DNA of 64,000 nt from contig OX597824.1 of assembly GCA_951406725.2 (NCBI GenBank), forward strand, positions 48,608,001 through 48,672,000, given 5' to 3'. The stretch comes from Octopus vulgaris. Lineage: Eukaryota. The notes under the pieces are model-generated. The model worked only from the letters and a program-made list of their open reading frames with translations, was not told where the DNA came from and ran no database searches. Below are positions 1-13,019 of this stretch, piece after piece; within the stretch, counting starts at the first letter, position 1, and each line of letters opens with the position of its first letter. A program made the translations under genes and the position numbers.

Positions 1-1477
1 ATAATCAAAACAATTATGTGTAAATTCATTCTTAATTCGCCTTGGGAGTACAACTCCTTTCATACGATGTCTACTTACAACATACTCGATGAAGGGAGAC
101 TTCGAAATGTCAAAAATAAAGATAATCTTCCAAGCCAAAAGTTTGAAATAAAGCTTTGTATGCTACTACTGCCATTTATATATTTAAAGTAGCTTTTGTC
201 GTGAAAATACACAGGACAGACAAATACAAGTCTGTAGAGCAGGCAGACTAAGCATCTACAGCATAAAATGATCTTTCGACATTACGATAAAATAACATAA
301 CGTAAAATTACATCGCGAAACACTTCATGAAATCCATTGGAAAGGACACAGAACTAACGAGTTGTTATAAAATAAGCAACTGTTTAGAGAACAATTGATA
401 TCCATGCATTGCATTTATAAAGGATGGGATTAATTATTCTCTTTTTGTACACATTTCTCTATTCAAAGAATAGAGAAATGGAGTTAATTGATGTTTGCAA
501 AACAGTGTAAGTAAATGACTTGCAAAACAGAATTTGTAGAAGTTCCGTTGCTTAAAATAATTGTTCGGTAAACAGTTACTACACTGTTGGCAGTGCAACC
601 GCGACAGATGCCGTCATTCTTTAGCCTAAAGTCAACTCTGGCATTCTTATAATCAAAGACATTCCAGCTATGATCATACTGTTCTTTGATGATTATTATT
701 TATTCATTTTTATTATTATTATTATATATATATATATATTGTGAATACATTATGTTATGTGTCCTATCCATTTTATTGGTGAAGGAGGGGCGATACTGAC
801 AAATATTGACGTCCAAGTTTCTGCCCAAGGATGTGAATAGAACTTTGTAAAATTACCCACGAGAAATTCATAAAGAACGATATATTTGCCAAACCTACAT
901 CAGTCAGTAAACAGACGAGAGGAAAAGAGAATAAGTGAGGTTTAGAGCAAGAGAAGAGCCGACGGAAAGACAAAGAAATAAAAAAAAGCAGGGAAAGACA
1001 AAGCCAAAAACTGAGAGAATAGTCTGCTATCAAAATTACAATATTACTGTAATTACGCTATTACGTCTACACCATCACTGGCTATCCAGGCACCGGTCTC
1101 CTAGAAAAAGCAGCCAAACCCTTATATCACAGTCCTTCGTGTTAAAATAGTGCACTTGCATAATGTAGTCTAAGCTACACTATGCCGGAAAAGTCGGGAT
1201 AGTCGTGGATGGAATGCCTTTTGTCATAAAGCTGCTCGGTTAGGTTTGACTTGTCCTAAACAAGAACTTAGACAATCACATGATCTGTGACAGTTGGTTA
1301 TATTTGCTGTCACTCATCAAGAAAATGTAACAAACTTCTAAACAGAGTACTTTAAATCAAAATCGAATATTTTAGTTTCAATCGTAATCCTAATACTACT
1401 ACTCTTCTTGTGTCTTGTTAAAGATCATAAAAATGAAATAAAATACAATAATAATAATGGTGATGATGATGATGATT

Positions 1478-1620
1478 ATGATAGACGAGTTAGATTAATA
1501 CTTAAAACAGAGCTCAATGCGAATAGCAAGATAATAGGTATCAACACTCTAGCTGTCCCACTTATAGGTTTCAGTTACAATATTCTTAATTGGACACTAA
1601 ATTAACTAACCAAAGTAGAA
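1478..1620 (+). mobile_element. R4/Dong-like non-LTR retrotransposon fragment (post-RT region)
   Basis: Translation YDRRVRLILKTELNANSKIIGINTLAVPLIGFSYNILNWT resembles the R4/Dong segment R-x-ILK(S/T)ELN-x2-NKI-x-AINT-x-AVP-x3-YS-x4-NWT. Confidence 0.65.
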
Positions 1621-1895
1621 AAAAGAAAAATAATAGATAGTTAGATAGAGAGAGAGAGAGAGAAGGAAACTTACATACACACATACATACATGCATGCAT
1701 ACATTCATACAAATATACACAGACACACACACACATATACACATATATTATGTAATATATATAATGTATGTATATGTGTGAATATAAAGAGAAGGGGTGG
1801 TAGGATCAGAGAGAAACACATACACATATATGTATATATATGTGTGTGTGTATGTGTGTGTATAAATAAATTATCTATCTATCTATCTGTATGTA

Positions 1896-2118
1896 TGTAT
1901 AGTGGTTAAGGTGTTGCACTCCCAGACCAGGCGTTGCGTTGTGTTCTTGAGTAAAGCACTTCATTCCACGTTGCTCTGCGATCATTTCGACTTCTGACAT
2001 GTGGCACCCGTTGCACGTGTACAGGTAATGTTGATCTGATGGAGGGATTGAGCTTATGTCTACACAAACCTTTGATCACTATAAACAAATCATCTGTGTG
2101 GTTGTTCGGTAAGAAATT
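1896..2118 (+). mobile_element. Degenerate tRNA-derived SINE
   Basis: GTAGTGGTTAAGGTGTTGCACTC head followed by GTTGTGTTCTTGAGTAAAGCACTTCATTCCACGTTGCTC, the same central block as the SINE at 24591. Confidence 0.6.
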
Positions 2119-4055
2119 TAATTCTTTACTTGCCACTAGGGCCGACATAGAGGGACAATACAGGGCAGACAACACATGGAGGTCAAAATAGCGTATGGAT
2201 GATGAAAGAGTGGAAATGATGAAAATAGAGTGATGGACACAGGGAACCCCACAAACCACGCATCATTACTGGTCTTCTTTTAGAATTACTGGTACTTACG
2301 TTCAAGTCATCTCACACATGTAACGAGGCATACACGATATACTATTCATTCACAAATCAGAACAAACAAAATGGGTTGGAGCAACATATGATTAGATAAC
2401 ATATAACACTTGATGAAAAAGGAATGTCACATTGTCTTTTGATCTTGTTTTAGAATTACTGGTATTCACATTCAATCATCTCACTTACACATGTAGCAAG
2501 GCATACACTCTTCATTCACAGTACAACCAACATATGATTAAATGACGTGTAACAACTGATGAAAAAGAACATTGGATTGTTTTTTGAGTTCGCTGGAGTT
2601 CACTGGTGTTCGGGAGGGACTAATCATGGGGTAACACGTGAATTTCTGTGTGTATGTTTAGCTAGGGTGGTCTATTTTTTCCCCGGTGTTGCTGGCGGTA
2701 ATATCTCTTGTGTGAATGACTTATATGTGGCTTAGTATGGGAAAAATGAGTAGGATGTTTGTGTTTGTATATGTATGGTATGAGTGCAGATTTTTAGTTG
2801 TCTTTACTTTTGATGGCTTTTTTGTTTGAGGTAACCAAGTAACATGTTTGTGGTTTGTGTGTGTATATTGTGGATGCTGGTTTTTTGTTGTCTTTGGTGG
2901 TCATTTATGTGAGTGCGAGAGGCGTATCTTTCATTTTACGTCTCTTTCTGACCATTGTCCATCCATCGTCGCTCTCCTCGAACAAGGTTGGTGGTGGTTC
3001 CTTTGGGTGTCCTTCTTGGTGTTCTCCACTCCCCCCTGTGGCACTTTTGACGTAGGCTGCTTTATCGTGTTGTTGGTCGACTTCTTTCTTTTCTTTCTCA
3101 GTCTGTGGTGGGTTGTTCTATTGTGGTGCTACTTGACTTTCTTCTTTCTTTCTTCGGGTCGACAGTTTGTGGTGGGTTGATGTATTGTTTCGTCGCGGTG
3201 CTGGTTGGCTCCCTCTTGTTTTCTTTCGGGTCGTCAGACAGTGGTGGATTACTAGGTGGAGGGGTACTTCTGGTTGTAGGATCTGTAGGCGCGTGATTTT
3301 TATGTGGCCCTTTTGGCCACACTTAAAGCACCTTGCACTTCTTGATTCCACCATGACTCTTACTATGGTCTCGTCCGGTAGTATTACTTACTCTGGTATT
3401 TCTTCCACGTTCCTCTGCGTGGCCTGGATTATTAGCTCCAGACCTTAGCCCCGCAGTTCTGTTGGTGTAGCCTGGTGGGTTGAAGGATAGTGACTCTAAC
3501 CTCCAGGTTCAGAAGTACGGCTTCCACAAGCCACACCACATAAATTTCCGGTGGGACCTCCCCTATTTTTATTTTTGAAGTATCTCGACCCATGTACGTG
3601 GGTAGCGGCACCAACTCATCTCCAAAGGCACTGTGGTGTGTTCATTTGCTCCTTCTTCAGTACCGTATTTTATCTTCCTTGCTACATAAGTTTTTTTCTT
3701 TTACCTCACATGGGCTGTAGACCTTTTTCGATACTTTCTTTTGGCATCCGTTCTTTTTTGTTTGTTTGTTTGTATATCTGTTTTGAGTGACAAATTTTTA
3801 AAAATTATAGTTTTTCAAAAATAATAGTTGCATTATCTAGCTGGGAGGCGTTAGGTTAATGTTAGTGCCTTCTCTCTGTAACAGGCATTTGAACTTTTTT
3901 CAAGTTTTCCATGTCCAGGTTTATAGTCTCTTGGTTGATTTCGGCTGCAGACGCAAAGCCGCGGCTTTCATTTCTTGTAGTTTTCGGTTGTAAGTCATAG
4001 TGATAGAATTCGGACTACTTGTAGTTTGCTTTGTATCAACTGGGTTTTCCTCCTC

Positions 4056-4101
<46 letters not shown>

Positions 4102-4380
4102 CATGAGTGAGAGGTGGGAAAGCTTCATCGTACACTTCTGGTAAGTGGGCGGTGTTTTCTATTAGTTTGTCCATCAGATTCATTGTTGGTAAGTTGCCCC
4201 TACTAGTTTCCGCAAGGCGTCAACTGCTAAGCGTGGTTGAATTAAAGGAACTGCAAAAAAAAAAAAAAACTCAAGAATTAAATACGATTCAAGCAGATTA
4301 CACAGTGATACAGCGAGCAAAAAAAAAATACGCCCGTTCGGTCAAAATTGTCGAACCCTCATAACTGGACGGTCGGTTTC
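2119..4380 (-). mobile_element. Tx1/L1-like non-LTR element with degenerate ORF1 (zinc knuckle) and no ORF2
   Basis: Minus-strand frames give LPTYMGRDTSKIKIGEVPPEI...LELIIQATQRNVEEIPE*VILPDETIVRVMVESRSARCFKCGQKGHIK (C-x2-C-x4-H knuckle) with frameshifts. The 3' end at ~2120-2170 matches the tails at 39127 and 41466. A ~170-bp tandem duplication lies in the 3' part (about 2270-2600). Confidence 0.6.
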
Positions 4381-4839
4381 TTGCAGTAAATGTTGAGCAA
4401 TACAATGAAAGACAAAATGATGAGGAGAAACAGTTGGAGGAAATCTTCTGCATACTAAATAAACCTAGGGTAGGATCTTACATGTATTATATACAGAGGG
4501 AACCTTTCGCGCTGTCAGAAGACAAAACTCGCTGTAGAGAATTTTTAAATTTTAAAAGCAAAATCCAAGGGAGATAAAACAAATAGATTCAGCAAATAGA
4601 AGATATGAGAAATTAAAGAGGGGGAGAAAGGAGATGATCGTGTTTTTAAAATCAACTGGTGAATGCAATGAACATGTTTCGACTTTATTAAGTCATATCA
4701 GCGAAGCATATTACCCTTAACTGAGGTTGTGTGTTGTTTTTGCTATATGACTTTAAAGGCAACATCCATGCTTTTCTACATAAATTTCGTTTTTCTTTTT
4801 AACATTACTGGTATTATCTCTATTGCTTGTTGATTTTAA

Positions 4840-5285
4840 GTATAGGTTCCAAAGTTTGGTACAGGGCCAGCGTTTCGGGGGAAGGAGATTACATCGACCC
4901 GGAGTGTTCAAGTGGTATTTACTTTATCGACCACGAAAAGATAAAAGGTAAAGTGGAGAAAAGACAAAGTCGACCTCCGTGGAATTTGAACTCAGAAGGT
5001 AAAGACGGACAAAAACAGCTATGCATACTGCCGGGCATGCTAACATGTCTGCCAGCTCACCGTCTTGTATTGCTGTTAAATACTGATTTCAAATTTTAGC
5101 ACAAGGCCAGCAATTTTAGGAGAGTGGGTAAGTCGATTATATTGACTCCAGTGTCCTACTGGTATTTATTTTATCAACCTCAAAGTCGACCTCGGTGGAA
5201 TTTTAACTCAGAACGTAAAGACTGACAAAACACCGCTAAGTATTCTGCGCGACATGCCAATAATTCTGCTAGCTAGTCACCTTGT
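4840..5285 (-). mobile_element. Two tandem copies of tRNA-derived SINE family A
   Basis: Reverse complements of GGCGAGCTGGCAGAA...TCTGAGTTCAAATTCC (A/B-box-like) and GTCGACTTTGCCTTTCATCCTTTCGGGGTCGATAAAATAAGTACCAG. Other copies: ~5695-5890, 9665-9840, 31384-32105, 43060-43160, 43650-43815, 51425-51815. Confidence 0.75.
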
Positions 5286-5532
5286 ATTATTTTTCCTAGC
5301 GTTTTTCTACTGACGTGTCTAAGAGCTGACTCTTTATTTCACTAAGTTAGGGTTGCATTTGCGTAATATGATGAGTTGAAATTTTTCAATTAACTGAGGT
5401 TATTCATGCAGTGAATAGGCGAAAGCACCCTCGGGCGGTATTTAAGACCTAAAGATTACAAACAACGAAAATAACGTCAAATACATCATTTTAAATCGAA
5501 ATCTTGGAAAATAAAGACGGAGCGAATATAAC

Positions 5533-5564
<32 letters not shown>

Positions 5565-6094
5565 CATACATACATACATACATACATACATGTATGTATG
5601 TATTTAAATGTGTAAAAAAGAGAGATTGAACATATTTTATTGCATCATACTTCATTTGTTTCGTCTCCACTTTATCAGCAGATATTTGCCGAAATACTGA
5701 TTTCAAATTTTGGCACACAGCCAGCAGTTTTGGGAGTCGGGGTAACTCAACTGGTGCTTATTTTATGGACTTCTGAAAGGATGAAAGGTAAAGTCGACCT
5801 CAGTGAAATTTGAACTCAGATCATAAGGACGGATGAAATGCTGCTAAACATTTTTGCCTGGGGTGCAAACGATTCTGCTAGCTCGCTGTTTTTACTTACC
5901 GAAATATTGCCATGTAATATATTAAATATATTAACTGTAACTTCTAGTCGGTACCCGTAGACGGGCTTTATAAAGCAAACTACAAGGTTCGTGCCCAAAT
6001 TGATATATATATGTATGTGTGTGTTGAGAGAGAGAGAGAGAAAGAGAGAAAGAGAGAAAGAGAGAGAGAGAAAGGGAGAGAAGGAGAAAAGAGG

Positions 6095-6295
<201 letters not shown>

Positions 6296-6652
6296 GTGTT
6301 GTCATATAAATTCGTTCGTTTCTTTCAAATGTTAAATGGATTAATATGAAAATGCAAAATATTTTTATCGCAGTGTTTCAGGATTTTGTAGCTCTAATAC
6401 TGAGCAACTTGTTTTCGAAATTTTAATAAATTTTACATCTTTTCAGATATGTGACTATGGATGAAACGTACGTAGTGAAGCAATACACAACGTGTCAGCG
6501 TACCAACTACCACAATACTATCAACCTCAACTAATAAATTCCACGGCTTGAACTGCTTCGGTCACGTGATATACACGCAGCAAATTAGCACGTATGCAAA
6601 TGTTGCAAATCTTTCGACTCGCCTAAACAGAAGACAAACTTTCAGTTAGATA

Positions 6653-6917
6653 ATACAGTTCTATATTTAGTGGCGTGGTGGTTAAGAGCGCGGGCTACTA
6701 ACCCCAAGATTCCGAGTTCGATTCCAGGCAGTAACCTGAATAATAATAATAATAATAATAATAACATCGAAAAATACCTTATGAATGAGAACCCCGGTTC
6801 GAAATTTCCCCAAGACACCTGATGAAGACTGGAGGGTATATCAGCCGAAACGTTGTGTTAACAACAAACAAGATGAGGAAAAATATCCGTCAAATGTAAA
6901 TAATGTAAATAATGTTC
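6653..6917 (+). mobile_element. tRNA-headed SINE-like element with a hammerhead ribozyme in its tail
   Basis: A box TGGCGTGGTGG and B box GAGTTCGATTCC (6671-6725), an (AAT)n linker, then GACAC-CTGATGA-A-GACTGG...TCAGCC-GAAAC-GTT-GTGTT. Flanked by the 11-bp direct repeat TCAGTTAGATA (6642-6652 and 6918-6928). Confidence 0.7.
6814..6859 (+). ncRNA. Minimal type I hammerhead ribozyme motif
   Basis: Stem I GACAC/GTGTT, core CUGAUGA and GAAA, stem II GACTGG/TCAGCC (one mismatch), palindromic stem III AACGTT, cleavage triplet GUU. Confidence 0.7.
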
Positions 6918-7414
6918 TCAGTTAGATATGTCTCTATGTTTTGCTTAAGCTTGTTCTCGATCATGCCCACAATTAAACGCTTTAAACTCTTCAGTAAGCT
7001 GCTAAATAGCAGTTCCTAACCATCATACAGAGTCGACTTCCTTTATATCCTGTTTTCAATTCAACACAATATGTAGTTTCTAAAAACAACGTGTACGTGA
7101 TTCCAAAGCTGTGAAATAATGAGTTATGCAAAGATATCAGTTTCTAATTGTTGTCAAGGTTAGCATAGCAGAGACGAAATTTCCTATTATTTCAATGATG
7201 AGCGTCGTTTCACTGTTTATAACCGACTGAATATTTTCTTAGCTTCGGCGCAAATCTTCCTTTCTAAGCGCTCAGTTTCAAATGAATGCTTACTTTAAAC
7301 GGTTTTTGTTTCTTCCTATCGAATATCCTAGATTAAAGCGCTGTCATCTATCCTGATGAGTTCACACTATGTACCTGTTTGTCATAGTTTCGATTCTCGG
7401 TCGAAGTAAGGTCA

Positions 7415-9277
7415 TCTATATCTATGTTTGTGTATGTGTGTTTGTGTGTTTCCTCTATGGACAGCCAAACCACTGGGTCAATCTATACCAAATTTGGCAT
7501 GAAGGTTTTTCATTACTCGGGGAAGGTTCTAGGAGAGACAAATTTTGGCACTTGCCCATATAGGGGGCTGTATCTTCCCCTATACGACCATTCTTATTTT
7601 TTCAACGGTTTTATTCTCTCACTTATGATAACACTAGAATATTGTTTCACTTTTATTTTTTCACTAATTGTTTCACTTTTGACTTCCGATTTTTTTTTCA
7701 CTGGTATAGTATTGTTTCACCTTTAAACAAATTTTGGCCCGTATATATTATAAAATTTACTCTGTGTGTGTGTTTAATCTGTACCAAATTTGTCATGTAG
7801 GTTTTCATTATTCGGAGAGGGTTATATGGGGGTCAAATTTTGGACCTTGCTCATACAGGGGCTGTAGCTCTCTACCACCATAGACCCTTCTGATTTTTTT
7901 CAGCGATATAATACCAAATTTGGAAAGAAGGTTTTTCAAAACTCGGGGAAGGTTCTAAGGCGAGTTAAATTTTAGCCCTTGCCCATATAGGAGGCTGTAG
8001 CCCTTCCCCCCAATACAACCCTTCTGATTTTTTACAGTGGTATAATATTGTTTCACTTTTATTCCTTCACTTTTAATAAGACTATAATATTGTTTATACT
8101 ACATACATACAACTGCGTACAAATATAGAGATTAATGTATAATTTTTTTTCTATATTCATAATTTTTTTGTTTACAATATTGAAAATGCCACCAAAGAAG
8201 AGATGTAATCTCCTGAGAAACAATTATAAAGCGAGGAGGATTGTAGAAAACCGAAGGTGAGAGTCTCAAGAGACAAAAGAGATGAGACTTTCTCAAGATC
8301 AGCAAATGCATGCTGCAGCTTGTCAAACGGAGTCTTAGGAGAGAAGTGAGATGAGACTTTCACAAGATTAGCAACGCATGCTGCAGCACATCAAATGCAG
8401 TCTCAAAAGAGAAGCGACATGAGACTTTCTCAAGATCAGCAAAGGCATGCTGCAGCATGTCAGATGGAGTCTTAATACAAAAGGGAGATGAGACTTTCCT
8501 AAGATCAGGAAACACATGCTGCAGCACGTGAAATGGAGTCTCAAGACATGCGAGATGACACTTTCACAAGATCAGCAAACGCATGCTGTAGCATGTCAGA
8601 TGGAGTCTCAATATAGAAGGGAGATAAGACTTTCCCCAAATTTCCTAATGAAACTAATGGCATGCGTTGCTCAGGCGTTAAGATAAGATTGCCAGCACTA
8701 CCAGCTCCTCCTCAACTTCTTATAGATCTTCTGGAAGGCACTTTCATCCAAAGGATTTTCTGAACAATATCAGAAAATACAACTCTGCATTTCAAATAAC
8801 ATCGTTTGGTGCATCTAAGGAGATAGTTGAACATGGATTTACGCCAACGTTCAAAGTTCAAGGGCAAGTTTGTCACCTCATTGCTTCCCTGTTACCCACA
8901 AATGAAAAACTACACTTCCTCCAAATTTACTTCATGAGTGATATAAGACAACAAACCCGAATGAGGTGCCAAAACGTTAGACGATGGTTCGTGTTAGACG
9001 CAGCACCGACTGCCGCAAAGGAGAGTATTTCCACTGACAGCTTTTCAGTGCGTTCAAAAATCAGATACCCCATCTCCAATTCCTATGACAGGTTAGGGCC
9101 TGGAATACTCCTAACAGGAGCATGACATGTCGCTTAGTCGAATTAGACCATCATTTATCCACAAATGTTTTGTTGACAATGCTGCACTTTCCCGTATCAC
9201 TTGTTTCAACATAACTGTAATATATATATACAAATTATGCCATTTTAATCTCGAGCAACGCCGGGTATCTCTGCTAG
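7415..9277 (+). mobile_element. Internally deleted Helitron with both termini
   Basis: Starts at A|TC (7415) and ends CGAGCAACGCCGGG-TATCTCTG-CTAG|T (9277), i.e. hairpin + CTAG inserted between A and T with no TSD. Three ~130-bp internal repeats near 7485, 7783 and 7912. Confidence 0.85.
8186..8945 (+). pseudogene. Helitron Rep/helicase N-terminal fragment
   Basis: MPPKKRCNLLR..., six ~67-69-bp repeats (RLSQDQQ...), CSGVKIRLPALPAPPQLL, and FLNNIRKYNSAFQITSFGA...GFTPTFKVQGQVCHLIASLLP...FLQIYF, typical of Helitron RepHel. Contains stops and frameshifts. Confidence 0.85.
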
Positions 9278-9359
9278 TCTTATTTAATAAAACATTCTTG
9301 TAATCTTTGGAAAAGATGTTACGAGACTTTTCATATTTATACAGTGTGCGTCTGCAGTT

Positions 9360-9645
9360 TGAGAACAATTTACCGAGCAAGACCTGGGCATCATCAGCGA
9401 GAATCCCGGCAATCAATGAGAGCCATTACCAATCATCTCATCAATCAAGGTCAACCAAAACACGTGTGGTGAACGAAAACATCAGATGCAAATTCTACAT
9501 TGAGAGAAAAAGGCAATTCATGTTCAATAAGACCCGGGGTACCATGTGAGAACTATGTGGTCGAACCATGTGAGAACCATGCGGTGGAAGCACTTGCTGA
9601 ACAAATTCAAGCATCCCGAGGATCCAGACATGCTCTGGTTCTTAT
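9360..9645 (+). mobile_element. Tc1/mariner (maT/DD37D-like) transposase fragment
   Basis: Frames give RVVNENIRCKFYIERKRQFMFNKT and LLNKFKHPEDPDMLWF, resembling the segment just before the first catalytic D (...LLNKLKHP..PDMLWFFSDEK). Confidence 0.6.
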
Positions 9646-9873
9646 CGCCACCTTTAAATACTTTAATATTGGTTTCAAACTTTGGCACAGGTGGGTGTAG
9701 GTCCATTACATCGACCCCAGTGCTCCACTGGTACTTATTTTATCGACCCCGAAAAGATAAAAGACAAAATCGACTTCGATGGAATTTGACGTTCAGAAAG
9801 TAAAGACAGACGAAATGCTGCTAAGCATTTTTTCCCGTTGTCCTACTTTGATATTAATCTCACTGATAAGGCG

Positions 9874-9973
9874 NNNNNNNNNNNNNNNNNNNNNNNNNNN
9901 NNNNNNNNNNNNNNNNNNNNNNNNNNNNNNNNNNNNNNNNNNNNNNNNNNNNNNNNNNNNNNNNNNNNNNNNN
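9874..9973. other. Assembly gap (100 N)
   Basis: Run of N. Confidence 1.
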
Positions 9974-11051
9974 ACGACAACGACGAAGAAACAATAGCGA
10001 CGACGACGATAACGACGACGATGATGCTGGTGATGATGATGATGACGAGATCATTATGTTTTGTGGGGTTGTGATGAAGCTGGTGGCGAAGATATTGTCG
10101 GTATGAGGAATCTTGCTAGGAGGTGGTGTCATGATGGTGGTGGTGGTGGTGGCGGTGGCGGCGACGGCGGTGATGGTCGTGTGAAGATGATGGTGGCGGT
10201 GGTGGTGGGAGTGGTGATATGATGGTGGTAGCAGTGGTGGTGGTGATGATGGAGGCGAAGATGGCGGAGGCAGTGGAGTTGAAGCTCGTAGTCGTGGTCG
10301 TGGTGGCATTGATTAGTGGTGGTGGAGGTGGTGGAGGTAGTGGTGGTGGTGGTGGTGGTGGTGGTGAGGGTATTCATGATGGTCGTCGTCATCGTTTTCA
10401 CAGCTGCTATATCTATGATTTTTATTATTTCTCCAGTTGTTATGTTTGTCATTGTTTTTAGCATTGTTGTTGCTGCTGCTGCTGCTGATGTTGTTGCTGT
10501 TGGTGATGATGAAGTCATCATCGTCATCGCTGTTGCTAGCGCTGTGTCTGTCCACGTCATCGTCGTCGATGATCTTCAACTTGCCTTGTTGTTGCTGTTG
10601 TTGCTTTTGTTTTTCGGTGTTTTATGAAACTGACGGCGGTGGCGATAATGATTTTGATGACATGATGATGATGATGGTGAAAATAGTGGTGGTGATGACG
10701 ACGACGAATGATGATGATGATGATGATGATGATGCTGATAATGATTTTGATGACATGATGATGATGATGGTGAAAATAGTGGTGGTGATGACGACGACGA
10801 ATGATGATGATGATGATGATGATGATGCTGATAATGATTTTGATGACATGATGATGATGATGATGATGATGAAAATAGTGGTGGTGATGACGACGACGAA
10901 TGATGATGATGATGATGGTGATGATGAAAATAGTGGTGGTGATGACGACGAATGATGATGATGATGATCATGATGATCATGATGATCATGATAATGATCA
11001 TGATGATCATGATAATGATGATGAAAATAGTGGTGGTGATGACGACGACGA

Positions 11052-11083
<32 letters not shown>

Positions 11084-11430
11084 AATGATGATGATGAAAA
11101 TAGTGGTGGTGATGACAACGACGAATGATGATGATGATGATGATGATGAAAATAGTGGTGGTGATGACAACGACGAATGATGATGATGATGATGATGATA
11201 ATGATGATGATGAAAATAGTGGTGGTGATGACAACGACGAATGATGATGTGATGATGATGATGATGATGATGATGAGGAGGAGGAGGAGGAGGAGAACGA
11301 CGACGACGACGACGGCGACGACGATGACGACGTTGATGATGACAACGACGATGATTATGGCGGCGGCGTGGACAACAACGACGATGGCTGTAGTTGGGAT
11401 GGGGGTGGTGATGACGACGACGACGACGAT
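9974..11430. repeat. Trinucleotide low-complexity region (GAT/GGT/GAC) containing a higher-order minisatellite
   Basis: The unit GAAAATAGTGGTGGTGATGAC(G/A)ACGACGAAT(GAT)n recurs about 8 times between ~10670 and 11250. Confidence 0.9.
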
Positions 11431-11675
11431 TCTTTTGTTGTCGTTAAGTTGTGAGTTTCTGCACAAGATAATGAATGCAACCATTTTGACATTTATTATT
11501 TGTAGGAAACCGAAATAAATAAATGAATGAATAACTGAATGAATTAATAAATGACTAAATGAATAAAGAAAGAAATTAAGAAAGAAAGGAACAAAAAGAA
11601 AAAGGAAAGAAAGAAAAAGTGGAATGGTTAGTTGTGGTGTGCATGGTAGATAGTGTCTATGCTTGTATGCAGCTG

Positions 11676-11707
<32 letters not shown>

Positions 11708-12014
11708 AGTTCAAATTTACAGAAAACAAAAGATGAAGACACGTGTGTTAGTTTGATGCTCGGGAAGAATGAAAAACTTTTGACGTTTCGAACCTACGCT
11801 CTTCGGCAGAAAGAGATGAGAGGAAAACAAACCGAGAGAGAACGAAGAAGCTGAGCGAGAGAAGAAATTTGTAAGGATTAACGGTTCAACATGACGAAAT
11901 GACGTGAAGGAGAAATAATATGTGTGTGTGTGTGTTTTTTTCATTAACCAGTTAAATGAAGCCACTTGAAACGGCCGTATAAAGTGACACCTATATATCT
12001 TTGTGACTTATATA

Positions 12015-12079
<65 letters not shown>

Positions 12080-12494
12080 GGGTGGAGCTGCGTTCAGATT
12101 CTGTCTACCAAATCCACTCAGAAAGCGTTGGTTGGCTCAAGGCTATAGTAGAAAACACTTGCCCAAGGTGTCACTCAGTGGGACAGAATCCTGAACCATG
12201 TGAGTGGAAAGCAAACTTCATACCATCCAGTCACGCCAGTGCCTATGTATATATAGATCTGTGTGTGTATGTGGTATATGCTGTAGATGTGTGGACCATT
12301 TTAACAGCACAATAGGTCCCTGAGCCAATGAATGCACTGGGCCTTGTAGTATATAAATACTACTATTGACAACAAGATACAGCATATAGAGATCAGAATC
12401 GGGCCCCTAGACACGTGAGGCCAGCGCGCAACTGCCCAATGTGCTTACGTCTAAGGACAGCCCTGTGCACATGGCCTCTATGTGTGGTAAAGGG

Positions 12495-12818
12495 CAAAGA
12501 CCCCCGTCGCTCATGAATGACCATGGTATTGCACCTAGTAAAGGTACAAGTTCGGAGAAGGTGTTTTATGGAAGGCCAGCAGTTGCCCATGCATACCAGC
12601 TTCTCCTCTTCACCTCACCGATCTTATCCAAAAGGAGGGCAATGGCCAATACAGCTTGGCACCAGTGACGTCACAACTCATTTCTACAGCTGAATGAACT
12701 GGAGCAACGTGAAGTAGTGTCTTGCTCAAGAACACAACACGCAGCCCGACACAGGAATCGAACTCACCACCTTATGATTGTGAACCCGATACTCTAATCA
12801 CTGAGCCATGGGCCTTCA
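12495..12818 (-). mobile_element. tRNA-derived SINE (family B variant)
   Basis: RC reads GAAGGCCCATGGCTCAGTGATTAGAG...GAGTTCGATTCC...GTGTTCTTGAGCAAGACACTACTTCACGTTGCTCCAGTTCATTCAGCTG. Confidence 0.7.
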
Positions 12819-12941
12819 TATGTGTGATATATGATATATATATGTGTGTGTGTTTTGTGGAATGTGTGCGTGTGTGTGAATATGATTTATAGTAAGTATG
12901 GTGGTAGTGGTGGTAGTGGTGATGGTGGTGACATGTGTGTG

Positions 12942-13019
<78 letters not shown>

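Noticed and set aside
8265-8635. Regularly spaced ~68-bp repeats resembling a CRISPR array
   Set aside because: The whole unit is repeated (no unique spacers), it lies in the Helitron reading frame, and the context is eukaryotic with no cas genes.
10576-11742. 388-aa and overlapping His/Ser/Ile/Asp-rich ORFs
   Set aside because: Triplet repeats lack stops in several frames on both strands. There is no domain and no splice support.
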